Positions 1 through 13,400 of a DNA stretch of 64,000 nucleotides are shown piece after piece. Each line of letters begins with the position of its first letter. Position 1 is the first letter of the stretch. This DNA is from Saccostrea echinata (Eukaryota), in NCBI RefSeq assembly GCF_033153115.1, contig NW_026889779.1, positions 25,358,001 to 25,422,000 of the forward strand. Direction: 5' to 3'. The notes under the pieces are model-generated. The model ran no database searches and was not told the origin of the DNA. It worked only from the letters and a program-made list of their open reading frames with translations. The position numbers and the translations under genes were made by a program.

Positions 1-1407
1 ACCTGTTAGAAAATATTTAAGTGATAGTTGGATAATTGACAGCTGGTAAGGTATAATTTATGGTGTTAGGATGCACAAATGTACAAAAGAAGGGTTTAAG
101 GAAGAATTTTTTCCCCACATTTCCTGGACTTGGTCGAGAGATGAAAGGCGGGCCTTTTTCTGCGAATAGTTTATGCCCGATCGATCCGTATTATTTTTTC
201 TATCCTATAAAATATATTAAGGAAAGATACCTTTAAAAAATAATAAATGACAAACACACATTTTTTAAAAGTTGCACAGAATCTAGTAGGAATGTTGTGA
301 ACTTCGTAATGGCGTACGGCGCCATTGAAGAAGTGTCATTTCTAGTACATGGTATTCACTGCACAGATAGAAGATATACAGGATTTATTTATTTATAATT
401 AATTAAGATAATAATGAAGGTGAATTTAAAATTCCCATATTTATAAATGTTTACGAAGTTAAACTTTAGTAACTCGTTCTATTTAGTTGAAGTCCTGATG
501 TGTGAACGGCTTCGTCTTCGGTGACCTCTCCAATTGTCGGCATATTTTCTGGTTATTTCTCTCTGCTAGATATTCATACATAAAGATTGACTGTCCATAA
601 CCAAAGGAATATAGTCGATGTCAAAATTTCAACCGGCCATATTGTGTATTCTATTTATTTAGTGTTAAAATCTATTCAATATCTTTTTTTCTTACGATAA
701 GCTTTACGAGTTCTATTGACCATTGACACCTATGATGTTTCAGTACCATGTGACCCCGATCTAATTAGTGGAGATTTTTACTCAGAGGACCCTATATTAC
801 GGGCGTTTTATCGTCTAATTACGACTGTTTTCAACATTATTTCATAAATAAACGATAATTATATGTTTCAAGAATATAATAGTGTTTCATTTTTAAGAAA
901 TTTAGATACATGATAAAAACCCCTTAGGCAAGTGAAAGTATCAACAATGTACTTGTCCAAATGGGCAAGTGCATATTTCTGAAAGAAATATATTCTTTAT
1001 CTTACATTACTTTGGAAATTCTTTTCTCTGCATGGCTTTCCAGTCATCTCTGTTATAGTATATCGTGGGAGGGGGGGACAAATTCAAAATAACCCCCCCC
1101 AAAACATAGGTAATGATATTGTCAAGGACTATTTCTTGAAATAAAGTAACGTAGGGAAATGTCATGCATCTTTGAGTTTCTTGAGGAATTCATAATATTT
1201 ATGTTTTAAATTTCAGTCAACCAGGTTTTACATTTGTACAAGTCAACGTTTGCATTCACTTGCCCCCAAAAAGTTAAAAACATACTGTTATAATTGTCTG
1301 ATCATACAGTATACCCTAATGATCTACATACTACTAGTATTTTGTAATTCACAGTAAACATCAGAAGACAAGTTTGGTACCTTATATATAAATCTTTGTT
1401 TTTATAG

Positions 1408-4400
1408 GGAGGAGCTGGTCGACAAGGCCAGGAAGAACAAGAGGAGAAGGCCAGACAGATGCAGGACATGAAGAATTCTATCCTGAGCCAAGTTTTAGAC
1501 CAACAAGCCAGAGCTAGATGTGAGATTAATTATTCAGAGAGTTTATAAACATAAGAAGCAAGACAATACATGTAATTTTACTTTCATTTTGAATTATCAA
1601 CTTTATTGTGAATATGTTTTATGTAACTGGAAAAATGATGAATTATAGTACTTTTTTCCATGTCAATATCTTTGTTTATAGGCTCATTAATCAGGGTTCT
1701 CCACAAGGGGTTTTACCATGGCGGCCCGCCATGGTTAAATTTATGTGCGCCATGGTTAAACGAGCTGCGCCATGGTTAAAATCGGTGGCCGCCATGATTA
1801 AATTTTTACTGCATTTTAGTATTTACACCTACTTTTTAATGACTCGAGTAGTTTATTGTGTTTATACTACGACTGCCATGCATCTCGCATGCCTCGAGGG
1901 AAAGCGGACTGTGCTAAACAAACACGGTCGCTGATTGGTGACTATGCTGTGAAGAGTGGCAATGGAGAGTCAATCAGCTGATGATCAATATCTTGAAAAT
2001 TAATTATCTTATACACATACATGTAATTTCGAGAAATTCCAACGTGTTCACTATACGATAACAGATCTTAAAAAAATGACATAACGAGCAGTAATTAACA
2101 ACATGATAATCAACAATCATCCGATTTCTATGCCCAGAAAAAAAAGAGCCCTTTCAAAATTTCCTATTCTTTGTATTTAATTAATTCCTCATGCTTTGTT
2201 TTGAAGTATTGACTTTATTATCTTTCTGATAAAATGTACGTAAGTGCCAATCATCGTCTTAATTTTAGAGTTACCTCCCGTTTTATGAAACGTCGCGTGG
2301 CGCTGTTTTAGCACTGGGGCACATGGAGGAATAAACAATGGAGGAAACTCGGTGAAAATGCAATATGTAGAAAAAAGAACGTTTAGAAAAGGACAGAATA
2401 GAGAAAGCAAAATTACAGTTATGCAAATTTATGCCCCTGGTTATACAAAGTTACTTTTACCATGCATGCCACCAGTAAGTTTTCATAGACCATGCAGTTA
2501 AAAAAGCTTGGGCATTAGTAGGATATCGGCTTTCATTTGTTTGAGTGTCTGTTAACTTTTTTTTTTTAAAGTACTACCAATTCATTAATTTTAGTCATAT
2601 TTAAATAAAACGTTTCATATAACAGGTAACATCAATTCTGTATATCATTTTTTGAATACTGTTGCCATGGTTACTGTATCAAAATATTTATTTTGAAATT
2701 CCTTCAAAATATTTCTACAGTTTTGGACCAGTTTTGGCACATTTGTAGAGTAAGATACATAATCTTTTTTTCTTTATTTTTTAGCTTAAACAATTATTGG
2801 TTATTTCAACTTTTTGTGCTGCTGTGGTTAAGTTTTGTGAATTACATGTAACCAATCATTGATTAATGAAGTTTAGGAAGTCTAACATGCATTCGTGTTT
2901 TTGGTTGCATTGTGCCTTCGCACAGCTCCCTCCATGGTTAAATTTTCAAATGTGGAGAACCCTGATTAATTAAACAGATCTTTATGTATTTTTTCTTTTA
3001 CAGTAAATACAATAGCAGTAGCTAAGCCAGAAAAAGCTCAAATGGTGGAAAATATGCTCTGTCAAATGGCACAGACAGGACAAATTCAAAATAAGGTTTA
3101 AAGTATCTTCATTTTTTTTTTATTTCAAGCCTTGCTGCAATATGTGGGTGTCCTATAGTAATTACTTATTGGTTTATCTGTCAGCACATGAAAACCTCTA
3201 AACCTTTCTTTCTATCTTACACACCTTTTCTGGAGAATAGGATTTTGATGATACTCCTACATCTAATTCTGTTCTTCTAAAGCTATTTCAAGGTTGTCCC
3301 GGGAAACCTGTTCTTTCCATTTTATCTGTAACTTTCCTTCTCAAGATTTCTAAGCCTTTACTTGCCACATTCAACCGTGTGTTATTAAAGTCAGTGTGTA
3401 TATATCTGCTATCTTTCTGTTCTAATAAGCACACGGCTAATTGCTATTAGCAAACTTTAAAGTTCATGAAAATAGATACCAGATTCATATTTAAATAAGA
3501 AAAATTTATGATTTTAACCACAAAGTTTTTATGAGTAATGTTATATAAATATCATATGAAGTGATTTAAAACAAATATTTATAAGGGGCATGGTTTTTAA
3601 CATAAAATCTACAATTTCTTTGATATTTTAGGAATTTGATTTTATCATCAACAACTACCAAGATAAGTTCCAAGTTAGATACCAATCTGTGCCTCCAGAT
3701 TTTTTGCTTGTAGCAAGTGTCCATAAGCTTACATATATCATTTACTTGGTAATTCCTGGCTCATCTCAAGAGGTGTCCTTACAAACTAGCAGTGCATCTT
3801 TGGACACTTAATTATGTGTGATGTATGCTCTGCATCAGATATACAAAATTTGACTCTCATTGTCACTCACTAATTCAAACAAACTTGCATGTCCATATTT
3901 GGATCATCTGTAAATTTTTTCAGTTTTCTAGATTCATTTGCATACAAAATTTCCCATGTAATTGAATTTAATAAGAACTGTGTTTAATGTTTAATTTGTC
4001 CCCCTAAAACAAACAGTGGTGTACCAAGCATGCATTGTACAGGAAAACATCTCTATACAGAAGTGCCAGGGATGAACAATTATTCATACAGTCTGTAATA
4101 ACCTGAATTTGTTAATTATATCCAATAAGTTTATATATATTAAGTTTGAAATATGTTGATCATGAATTCATTATGAGCGTGTTTGCTGTAACTGTGTTTT
4201 ATAGTACCTTGATGGCTCATGTACAATAATGTACATATGATAAGAAAATTAAAAACTAAAAAATGTGCCCCATTTTCTAGATTTTAATTCGTTTTTTTTT
4301 TTTTTTTTTTTTTTTTTCCCATTTTGACATCCCTTTCAAAAGTATGGAATACTAGTAACTGCATGTGTGACTTGGTTTACATATTAATATTGAGCAAATT

Positions 4401-4867
4401 TATTAAAATGTAGGCATTTCTTTCTCATTTAGATTGGTGAACAACAACTGAAAAGTTTGTTAGAAAGAGTTTCAGAACAGACAGCCAAGAAAACCACTGT
4501 GAAGGTCAGTTAGTTGAAATTTGTCAGAGGTTTTCTGTAAAAAAAAAAAAAATTATTAAGATTTTTCTTTGGTGTTCTGATTATCTAAACTTTTGGTCTG
4601 GTTTCATGAAGGTATTGTACATGTATGATAATTTATACCACAAAATTGAGCACTGTAAGGAAATTACTGTAAAGTGAAGAGAAATTGCAAAACTACTGAT
4701 AAAAAAACTCTTTTTACCATTGTTTGTATTTTAATGTATAAGAGAAATTTGAAATAGGTAATTTCTGCCCGATGTTACATGCAACTTTGGAAGAATTTAA
4801 GATGGTACTTTTTTTTATGTTTTGACAGTTTAAACGGAGAGGACTGGATGATTCAGATGAAGACTAG
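1408..4867 (+). CDS. PDCD5: Programmed cell death protein 5, 5'-partial; exons 1408-1519, 3004-3095, 4433-4504, 4829-4867
   Basis: GT-AG, phase-consistent splicing gives [104 protein letters not shown], the recognisable PDCD5 sequence. No ATG exon found in 1-1407; probably upstream of the window. Confidence 0.93.
1692..2964. mobile_element. Non-autonomous hAT-like DNA transposon in a PDCD5 intron
   Basis: 14-bp TIRs CAGGGTTCTCCACA...TGTGGAGAACCCTG; ATTAAT on both flanks; subterminal CCATGGTTAAA repeats at both ends. Confidence 0.75.
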
Positions 4868-5008
4868 AGTGAGAGATTTGGTGTGTCATCAAATGCTAGT
4901 TCTGAATGACTTCTTGTGACTTGTGTGCTTAGAAATATATATATATTTTATGCTTATAATTCAGCAGTGTGTAATACTGCACTGTGTAGAAACCTGAACT
5001 TAGTGTAA

Positions 5009-5365
5009 GAGGAAGTGTCCTGCTGGCTTTGAGGTTAAAGAAAGTGCCCCACTGACATAAAGGAAGGAGGAAATGTTATGTAGACTTTAGAGGAAATATT
5101 CTTCTGACTTTGAAGTCAGGGAAAATGTCCAACAGGCTTTGATGTTGGAAGAAATGTCCTGCAGGCCTTGAAGTTGGAGGAAATATCTTATAGGTTTTGA
5201 AGCTGGAGGAAATTTCCTACAATCTTTGAGTTTGGAGGAAATGTCCTAAAGGCTTTGAGGTTGGAGAAAATGTCTTACAGGGTTTGAGGTTGGAGAAAAT
5301 GTCTTACAAAAATTATTGGCCGAGGAAATATTCTATAGCTTTTGAGTTTATAGGAAATGTTCCAC
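5009..5365 (+). repeat. Degenerate 29-bp minisatellite just downstream of the PDCD5 stop (probable 3' UTR)
   Basis: About 12 diverged copies resembling GGAGGAAATGTCCTACAGGCTTTGAAGTT. Confidence 0.75.
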
Positions 5366-6192
5366 TTGCTTTATTATATCTTTACATGTCCATATTAAAG
5401 TCTGGAAGAATGAAACCTCAGCCAATCTTACAGTGTCAGTTATTACATGTTGTTAAACCCAATGAATCTGATCCAGTTCCATTAAATTATTTATTATCTT
5501 TCAATCTTTTCTTTTTGTGTTGTTGTCCACTGTTATGAATGAAAGTGACATTTGATAACTAGTTCAGATGTAAAACATAATTATATATATCCTCATGTTT
5601 GCAAGCCAGTGGTGTTGGGTTTGCTGAACTCCTTGGGAGATTAACAGATCAAAAACTGAGAGTTTGAAAAGATGATATATTTTGCACATTGAACAACATG
5701 TATATGTACGAAGGTAACCCTGTTCTACTATAGAACTAGGTGTAAATGCTAGCTTATTGACTTTTAGGGTGCTGCACTACAAATTTCAAAAATCTAGGAT
5801 CCATCATGAAAACTCCAATCTGCAGTTCATTGTACATTATAAGAAAATTTTAAATTTCACCTTTCAGATTTAGAATGTCATTTGAAAAATTTCTGACAAT
5901 TGCCATTTATTATAGACATACATGTATGTACATAGAATTCTGCATTAATGAAAACTTGCATATCATTTAAGTTCTTCAGTTGGATAGCAAACTATATTGT
6001 AGATTAAAGTTAACATCAAGTTAGATCAAGAAGCTTTGATAATTTTTATTTTTATTAATTTTTTAGTAAAGTCAATATAAACTTTATACGTAAACTGATA
6101 TCAACATCTTAATATTTATATATAATATTTCATTAAATTATAGTGGCGCGAAAACTCTTGAGGGCAAATGGTCTCTGCTCGTATTGTCAATA

Positions 6193-6357
6193 CTGGCGGA
6201 TTTAGAGGGAGCGGGCAGCCCCCCCCCCTTGCCTTTGTGTCCAAAATATACATGAGATTTAATAAATAATTTTCTTTGGTGTGGCTATGGGCCCCTATTC
6301 CGACCCCAAACTGGTCGCGCCCCACCCCCCTTTACAAGATTCCTGGATCCGCCACTG
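6193..6357. mobile_element. Short MITE
   Basis: Termini CTGGCGGAT...GGATCCGCCACTG; direct repeat GTCAATA at 6186-6192 and 6358-6364. Confidence 0.65.
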
Positions 6358-6466
6358 GTCAATAGGAGCGAAACGTCCTGTTACCCATTGAGGTCATGTT
6401 TTAGTCTTTATAATTTATTTATTAAAAATCTAACTCCAATAAGCATTAAAACACGTAAATCATGTA

Positions 6467-7326
6467 AAGGAGATGGGCGAACATGGCGTGCAGAAAGCCT
6501 ATGGCTTCAGATATATAAAAATCGTGTTCAGTTTGTGAATTTAGTATTTAGAGTAAAGTTCTCATTATTGAAATTTATGAAATTATGATAAACAAAACTT
6601 TTCTGAGGAAAATTTTCTTGGCAAAATGTATTCTTTTTTATTAAAAAAATTAATGAGGTATTCGTGTTGTTCGAACCCTAGCAATAAAAATCCTGAGTAT
6701 CATTTTCTTCCGAGACTAGCACGCTAACCACTAGACTACACAAGTCTTGATGAAGTGTGGCATTTAAATCATGTTTGTGATATGACCCTTGACTTAATGG
6801 ACTTCAAGTATTTCTCATAGGCACTCCCCAGCTTTATTGTTAAAAAATATATATCTACTATACTATTATAGTATAGTAGATATATATTTTTTAACAATAA
6901 AGTTGGGGATTGCCTATGGTATTTCTCGAAAAGCTGCGAATGTTATGTCATAAAAGTATATTTTTAAGGTATAGTGGGTCATTGCTCCGTATTTTTGGTA
7001 ACCAAAAAATGTATATTTTTATCAGTGCAAACTTTGAGGATTAACTTTCAAAAAGGTGGAGCGAAGACCCATTCATATCGAAAAATTAATTATAGTATGA
7101 GAAAATGACTCTTTTAGCCCGCTTTTGTGTTTGTCTAATATTTCACAGGCAAATAATTTCAATCTTTGAGGGATTTTTGCAAATTGTAGAGATTTTACTT
7201 TATATAAGTATATTTTAATGTTAGACGAAATATCCAGGAAAATTTTGGTATAATTGAAATTTAATTTTTCATCTTCATGTTTGTCACACTATAGGCTTAT
7301 CGCTCGTCATGTTCACCCATCTCCTT
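6467..7326. mobile_element. Non-autonomous TIR element (Kolobok-like AGG termini) with a nested fold-back element
   Basis: About 36-bp imperfect TIR AAGGAGATGGGCGAACATG...CATGTTCACCCATCTCCTT. Confidence 0.65.
6816..6918. mobile_element. 103-bp near-perfect palindromic fold-back mini-element
   Basis: CATAGGCACTCCCCAGCTTTATTG...CAATAAAGTTGGGGATTGCCTATG; perfect 8-bp TSD GTATTTCT (6808-6815, 6919-6926). Confidence 0.85.
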
Positions 7327-7471
7327 AGTCATGGATTGTGAAGTAACCAATAGTTTTTCGGGATTGAATACAGGGAAGATTTTAAAATTAGACATACCGG
7401 AAGTTTATATTGTTGCGATGTGGGGGTTCCGGAGATAAAATGTTTTGCAGAACTTATTAGATGTCAATAAA

Positions 7472-10400
7472 ATGTCCTTTCCAGATATTCACACTTGTAT
7501 TCAGGTATTGTCCAAACATAGATAACTACCTTTTTAGGCATCGATGTGTTAATTATTTTAGAAATTATTTAATTGACCCGAATTTCCTTTATAATCTCTC
7601 CATATCTTTAATTCTTTATGCAAGAATCAGTCCAGTACAATCAGTACATTTAGCTACGTAGCTTAAATTACCTACCGTAGCTTTATTTACCTACCTCAGG
7701 TAGCTTTATTTAACTATTTCAAAGCAACTTTTCACAATTTTGCTTTTTATTTTAAAAAGACAAAAAGTCGCAAGAAAATGTCTGCTAAAATTTATTCTAG
7801 GTATTATTTAAAAAGCATTCTAAAACAGAGATAGATTTAACATGGCTGCGTTTGAACACTTTTAAGGAAAATATGTATTTCCATTGTTTGAGTAACTGCA
7901 CACCACCTTGTGTGCGATGTAGCGTGGAAAAGTATATGATTTACTTCACATTGTGCTCAAGATCTAGTAAATGAAAGATGCCTACAGATTTCTCAAATCT
8001 GCGAAATAAATTCCTTTAATGATGCTTTATAACTTTAGCTTGGTCAAATAAGGTGTTCCGGTGCATAATTTGTAGGTAAAAAAGACGAAAATTCCTATTT
8101 TAAACTGTCAATTTCAAGGAAGGATTAAGAAAACCAATTATGAATATAGGAGTATTTTGCATATCAGACAAAGGAAATGTATCCAGATTGCCTTCAGTCT
8201 CTCAGAAAATGTTAATTTGTATGTTCTCAGTGTCTTCTTTAAAATACTTTTAAATTGAATATAGGTTTCAGGATTACTTTTCACATGGTTTCAAATTGAA
8301 TTCCACAAAAATATTTTTTTTTTCTACATAATTCTATTAGAGCCGTAAAGTACGGGAAAAAGAAAGTTTAAATTGATTATGATGTCATAATGGATCTAGC
8401 ACCAAAAAGACAGTCTAAAATCATTTACTAGATCTTGACCTTAACCAAAACTGGTTTTCTTTGTTATTTCACTCAAGAAGTAAGGCCAAAAAAAATAATA
8501 GTCTTGTTTCCTGCTACCAGCCTGAAAAAAATAGGGTAGGTAGGTAGGAAAATTATTTTATTTTATATTTTTATTTTATTTTTTTTCCGACAGCATTTTT
8601 TGGATATGAACTAATACAAGATAAAAATTAAACATGTCACAGGTCAATATTGTCTTTTAAAGTTGAATTTCATGTCTTTTTATGCACAACTCAAGTGGTA
8701 TTTTATGAAAGTCCATATTTAAAACAAGAATTTCATGAAATGCTTGTTTTGTGTTAACACAGAAACTGATTTCGGTGACAGAACGATAAAATTCCAGAAA
8801 TTCCCGATTATTTTTCTTCCAAAACTTAAAAAAAACTTTAGGGTCGGGTGCAAAAAAATAGGGTAGGTCGGGTAGCAGGAAACAAGACTTTTATTTTTTT
8901 TGGCCTAACTGTTAGGTCACAAATTAACTGTTGTATATTGCCCCAAAACTTTTAGAACTTTGATTGCAATTGTGCAGAAAAAGACACATCTCCAAGAGTG
9001 ATTTTTTCATGAATTGTTTTCATATGAGTTCAAAGTTGAAAATTGTCACTGCATCAAAGTGCAATTTTCTGCACTTTCTGGGAAAAATGCTAATTTAAGA
9101 AATAAGTTTGATTTAGTAGCTAAATAAAGCTACTTCAGGTAGGTAAATAAAGCTATGTAGGTAATTCAAGCTACATAGCTAAATCTAGTGATTGTACCAG
9201 ACCTGAGAATGTTTCATCTAAAGGTTTCATCATATATTTTAAAAACAAAAAGAAGATTTTGTGTTGCATATGATAATACATCATTTGAGTTCATTAAACA
9301 ATCATGTATCATTAACAAAACACAGCAGTAGACTGCTACTATATATGTGCTAATTTTATATTTTGTGTTATAGTTGACAGCAGAAAATGAAAAACTGAAA
9401 AAGAAATGCTGGAAATTGAAAGTTCAGAAAGACGACATTCAATTAGAACTGTCAAATCTAAAGCAGAAGCTGCAGAGGGAAGAACTGTTAAAGAATTACG
9501 TCACAACAAGAGAGTAAGGGGTTGTTTTTCCCAAAGAATATGTTGAGATTCTGGATTTCTTAAAATAATGATTGGTATTTATTTTTGTTTCCTGCAACCA
9601 CCGCTTGCATTGACAAATAAAAGTAACCCAGTAAACCAAAGCCATATGCCCTAGAACACATAATGGGGTGGAAAATAATTGCCAAGAGCATTTCCAGCTG
9701 CAATGATAGTTGTTTTTTTTTTCTAAATTGAAAAAAGTTTAACAAGTCCCCATAAAAAAGGTAATAACTGCCAAATTTAAAAAACTCTCGTTTTGGTGGT
9801 GGTGAGGGAGAGAGGGTAGCAGCACCAGTTAAGGACTGATTGTTTATTTTCAGTGTTTTGAGGACAGATTATTTCCAAAAACTGCCAGCTCCCCACTCAA
9901 ACCCAACCCTTGAAGGAAATGATGTCTCCTAACGTTACCCTTGTATGCTTGTCCCTCTAACTATTTGAACCACTAGTATGAGATTTTCAAGATTTTTCTT
10001 CTTTTTAATAAAAAATTAAATTTTTTTTTAATCAAGATGGTACATTGGAGTCATTTACAACTCAAGTGTGGAGATGAAGCTCATTTTATAGATAACAAGT
10101 TTCCCATAGGGCTGTGTCAATATATCGAATGTTCAATACGTATCGATATTCAGGAATGTATCGTATTAAAAAAATAACTTCCAATACGTATCGGACAGGC
10201 AGTTTTCCTTATAATTCTGTAAAAAAGTTGGTAATTTCAGTTACCAAAGATTATTTTTAAATGTTTTGAATTAAAACTGGTCAGTAATGAAATAAACATT
10301 AAGGAGATAGACATCTTAAATAGCTATTACAAAATACATAGACAACTATATTTTAAGAGCCATTCTCTGTAATGACTTTAACTTTTATATAGGAACTGTG

Positions 10401-13400
10401 GCACGCATAGTCTCAGAATTTCTCCAAACTCTCTATGATAAAAGTCTTTGATACCGTAAACTCAAATCAGGCAAAAATTGGTTGCTACGTGTCATGGTTA
10501 CCATAGCAACATGTCCTAAATTTTGAAAAATGGCATTTTTCAACATGTTCAGAGTCCCACAGTTAACGTTTGCAGCAAAGCAAACAAGTGGCAATGATTG
10601 TTTCTGAAAGTTGAAGGCCTGATGTCTTAAATGCATGATAAACATGTTTGGTAAATCAACTATTACATACGTTACTATGGAAACAAAGTATTCAAAAGTA
10701 ATAATTTTGTTCAGTTAATTTTATAAAGTCATACACTTAAGAATAAAAACAATTATAGGTTGAAATGCAAGCAAATAATAGACAGGAGATCCTTGTAACG
10801 TATACCAAGGACGAAATATGATATTTCTAATAAGTTGGCAATGGTTGCCATGGTTTTAATACCACAAAGGGATTTTATATTTACTCTCTTAGTATTTTAA
10901 TCTTATCCTATCTTTTTACAAAGCATATTTCTATATAACTGATGATCAATTTTTAAAGGTGTTGGTGTGACCCTAATTTTCACATTTCAAAAAATTCAAA
11001 TTTGGTTCTTTAAATAGAGCGTTGCTATGGAAATTAGCCGAAAAAATATGCATAAAAATCTGAAAAATATTCTGTTTCCTTGGATATGTACCCTTGTATG
11101 TAGATTCCCAAAACTTTTATGATTGATATATATGAACAACTAACCTGACTTTCAATTTTGACTACCAACCAACCTCTAACTGGATGCAAAAAGCTGGCAC
11201 ATAGGATTTAATTTTGAAATAAAATTAACGAAATTGAACATTTTCCCTTCTTGGTAACCATAGCAACAGTGTTGTATTTTTCAACAAACTTTATCAATAT
11301 ATGATATTCAACTTTAGTTCTACCAGATAAGTACTATTCAAGGTGAGTCAAATCATATGTTCCTTGATTAAAAGGTAAGTAAATTCCTAAGGCAGTAAGA
11401 AAATATCACTTTAAACAACAGGTACGTTGTTTCCATGGTTACACTGCAAAGTAACAATTAATCCCAATTTTTCTTATGTTGTCGGTGTTGCAAGGTCCTA
11501 AGGATGTATATGTGCCAGTCATGAATTTTATTGTTTTACCTCAAGATAGTAGCATTAACCCAATCTTAGCAACGAATTTTGCATCATTACACTGTGTTAC
11601 CATGGCAACCATGAAAGTTATTTTTAGAATAATATTGCCAATACCTTATTACTTAAGGACAAATATTTTTATCGTTTTTCTTCAATTGTTGATTGAGTTT
11701 GATCATGTAACATCTATCATTAGTGAATATTGAGCGTTTTTCAGCATTTTTTCAGCATCTTAAATGTATTCCAAATGTACCCATGGTTACCACCTACTTA
11801 GAGATAAATTCTAAATAGTTTCTTTACAGCATAAGTTGCAACAAGGTGTCATGTTTTTGTGATAATAGTTTGTTTGTTTTTCTTAGTCTTTATTAAGACT
11901 TAATAAAGATTCAAAGTAGCTGAAAATCTCAATTTTTTCAACTTTTCTGCCTGTTACCATGGCAACCAAGACACATAGCAACGAAATTTTATTTGATATA
12001 TGTTTCTGGTGTTAAGTTGTAATAATGGGCAAAATTTCATCAAAATCGGTGACCATGCGTGGCAGAGAAGTTTAAGTGGTTACAGAGAATCGCTATTAAC
12101 ATGTTATGTTAGACTCACCCAGTTTTTATCAAATTTATACATTAAATGTCATTTACAAGACATTTTTGAAAGACTAAATAAATCATTTAATTTCTTTAAA
12201 ATAATTGATTCTGATTGGATAAAAAATTCTTTTGATAACTGCATCAATAGAATTTGGAGTTCGCTTGCACTCAGCAGCCGGAACTACTTTGCCTGTCTTT
12301 ACATGTGTATTTCCCGCTTCCAGAAGTTCATGAAGGAACAATTGAATACCTTTTCTCTAATAGATATATTCCTGAATTTCGAAACTTGTCCGTTACGTTC
12401 CTGACTTATTGTCTACTTTCGTTTCTTTTTGAATTATCCCCCTTTGCTAAACAAATCAGATCGTCTGCATGACAACAATACAGTAATGGGAAAGAAAGAA
12501 AGAAATCAGCATACCTATGTTAAATGTTTGACTTTGAGATAACTGGTATGAACAATAGAACTGTGAAGAAATGTTTTTATGCTACCAAAGCGGGGAAATG
12601 CCGTTAATCTGTTAATTCTTAGGAATCGAATGTTCGAGAAAAACGACACGGCATGAAGGGCGCTGCATGAATGAGGACGGAATTCTTTCAATGTTAAACA
12701 GTAGGCAACAGACTCTTTCAGATTTTACAGCATGGACAGGCTGTGATACATATTTATATGTTCGGTTTGAAATTCAGATGAAGAGATGCGCAAATGAAAT
12801 TCAAAATTTCTGTGACCTATAGAAAGAGTTGTTAGGATATCTGAGTAGCATCCCTTGAAATTTACGAACCGGGGAAAATATACCCATTGGGATATAGCAA
12901 AAAATTAATAACACAACAGGTAAGTTTTTTGTGTTAAAGAACTGTTAATTATTGTTAGAAAAGGCTGGTAGTGACACGACAATATTTGAGAACGTTGTTT
13001 CTTCGTTAGGCCTATAGCCATTTTGAATTTCAGCAACATTGTTGTGATATATTCCTACGCACTGTTTTTGATGCGTAAATTTTATAGTAAACTGAGGGAA
13101 AGTTTCATTTTATTATTTTAAAATCATAATTAAATGATAAGAAATGAATGTAATATTTTTTTCTTTGACCGACGTATCAAAGAAAAAATTTGGACAGAAA
13201 ACGTTTTCATCAATGCGCTACGCGCATTGATGACGTTTTCCGTCCAAATTTTTTCTTTGATACGTCGGTCAAAGAAAAAAATATTACATTCATTTCTTAA
13301 ATAATCCAATATATCGCATATCACTTTATAAAATATCGTATCATATCGAAATATTTTGCTCAATACACAGCCCTAGTTTTCCATCATCAAATTTTCATTT

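Larger units (their letters stand above)
10107..13375. mobile_element. hAT-like non-autonomous element with nested insertions
   Basis: TIRs TAGGGCTGTGT...ACACAGCCCTA; 8-bp TSD GTTTCCCA/GTTTTCCA (7/8); ATATCG-rich subterminal repeats. Confidence 0.75.

Noticed and set aside
1-1407. First coding exon of PDCD5
   Set aside because: No ATG exon encoding the expected N-terminal MADxELxxLR-type sequence was found; presumed outside the window.
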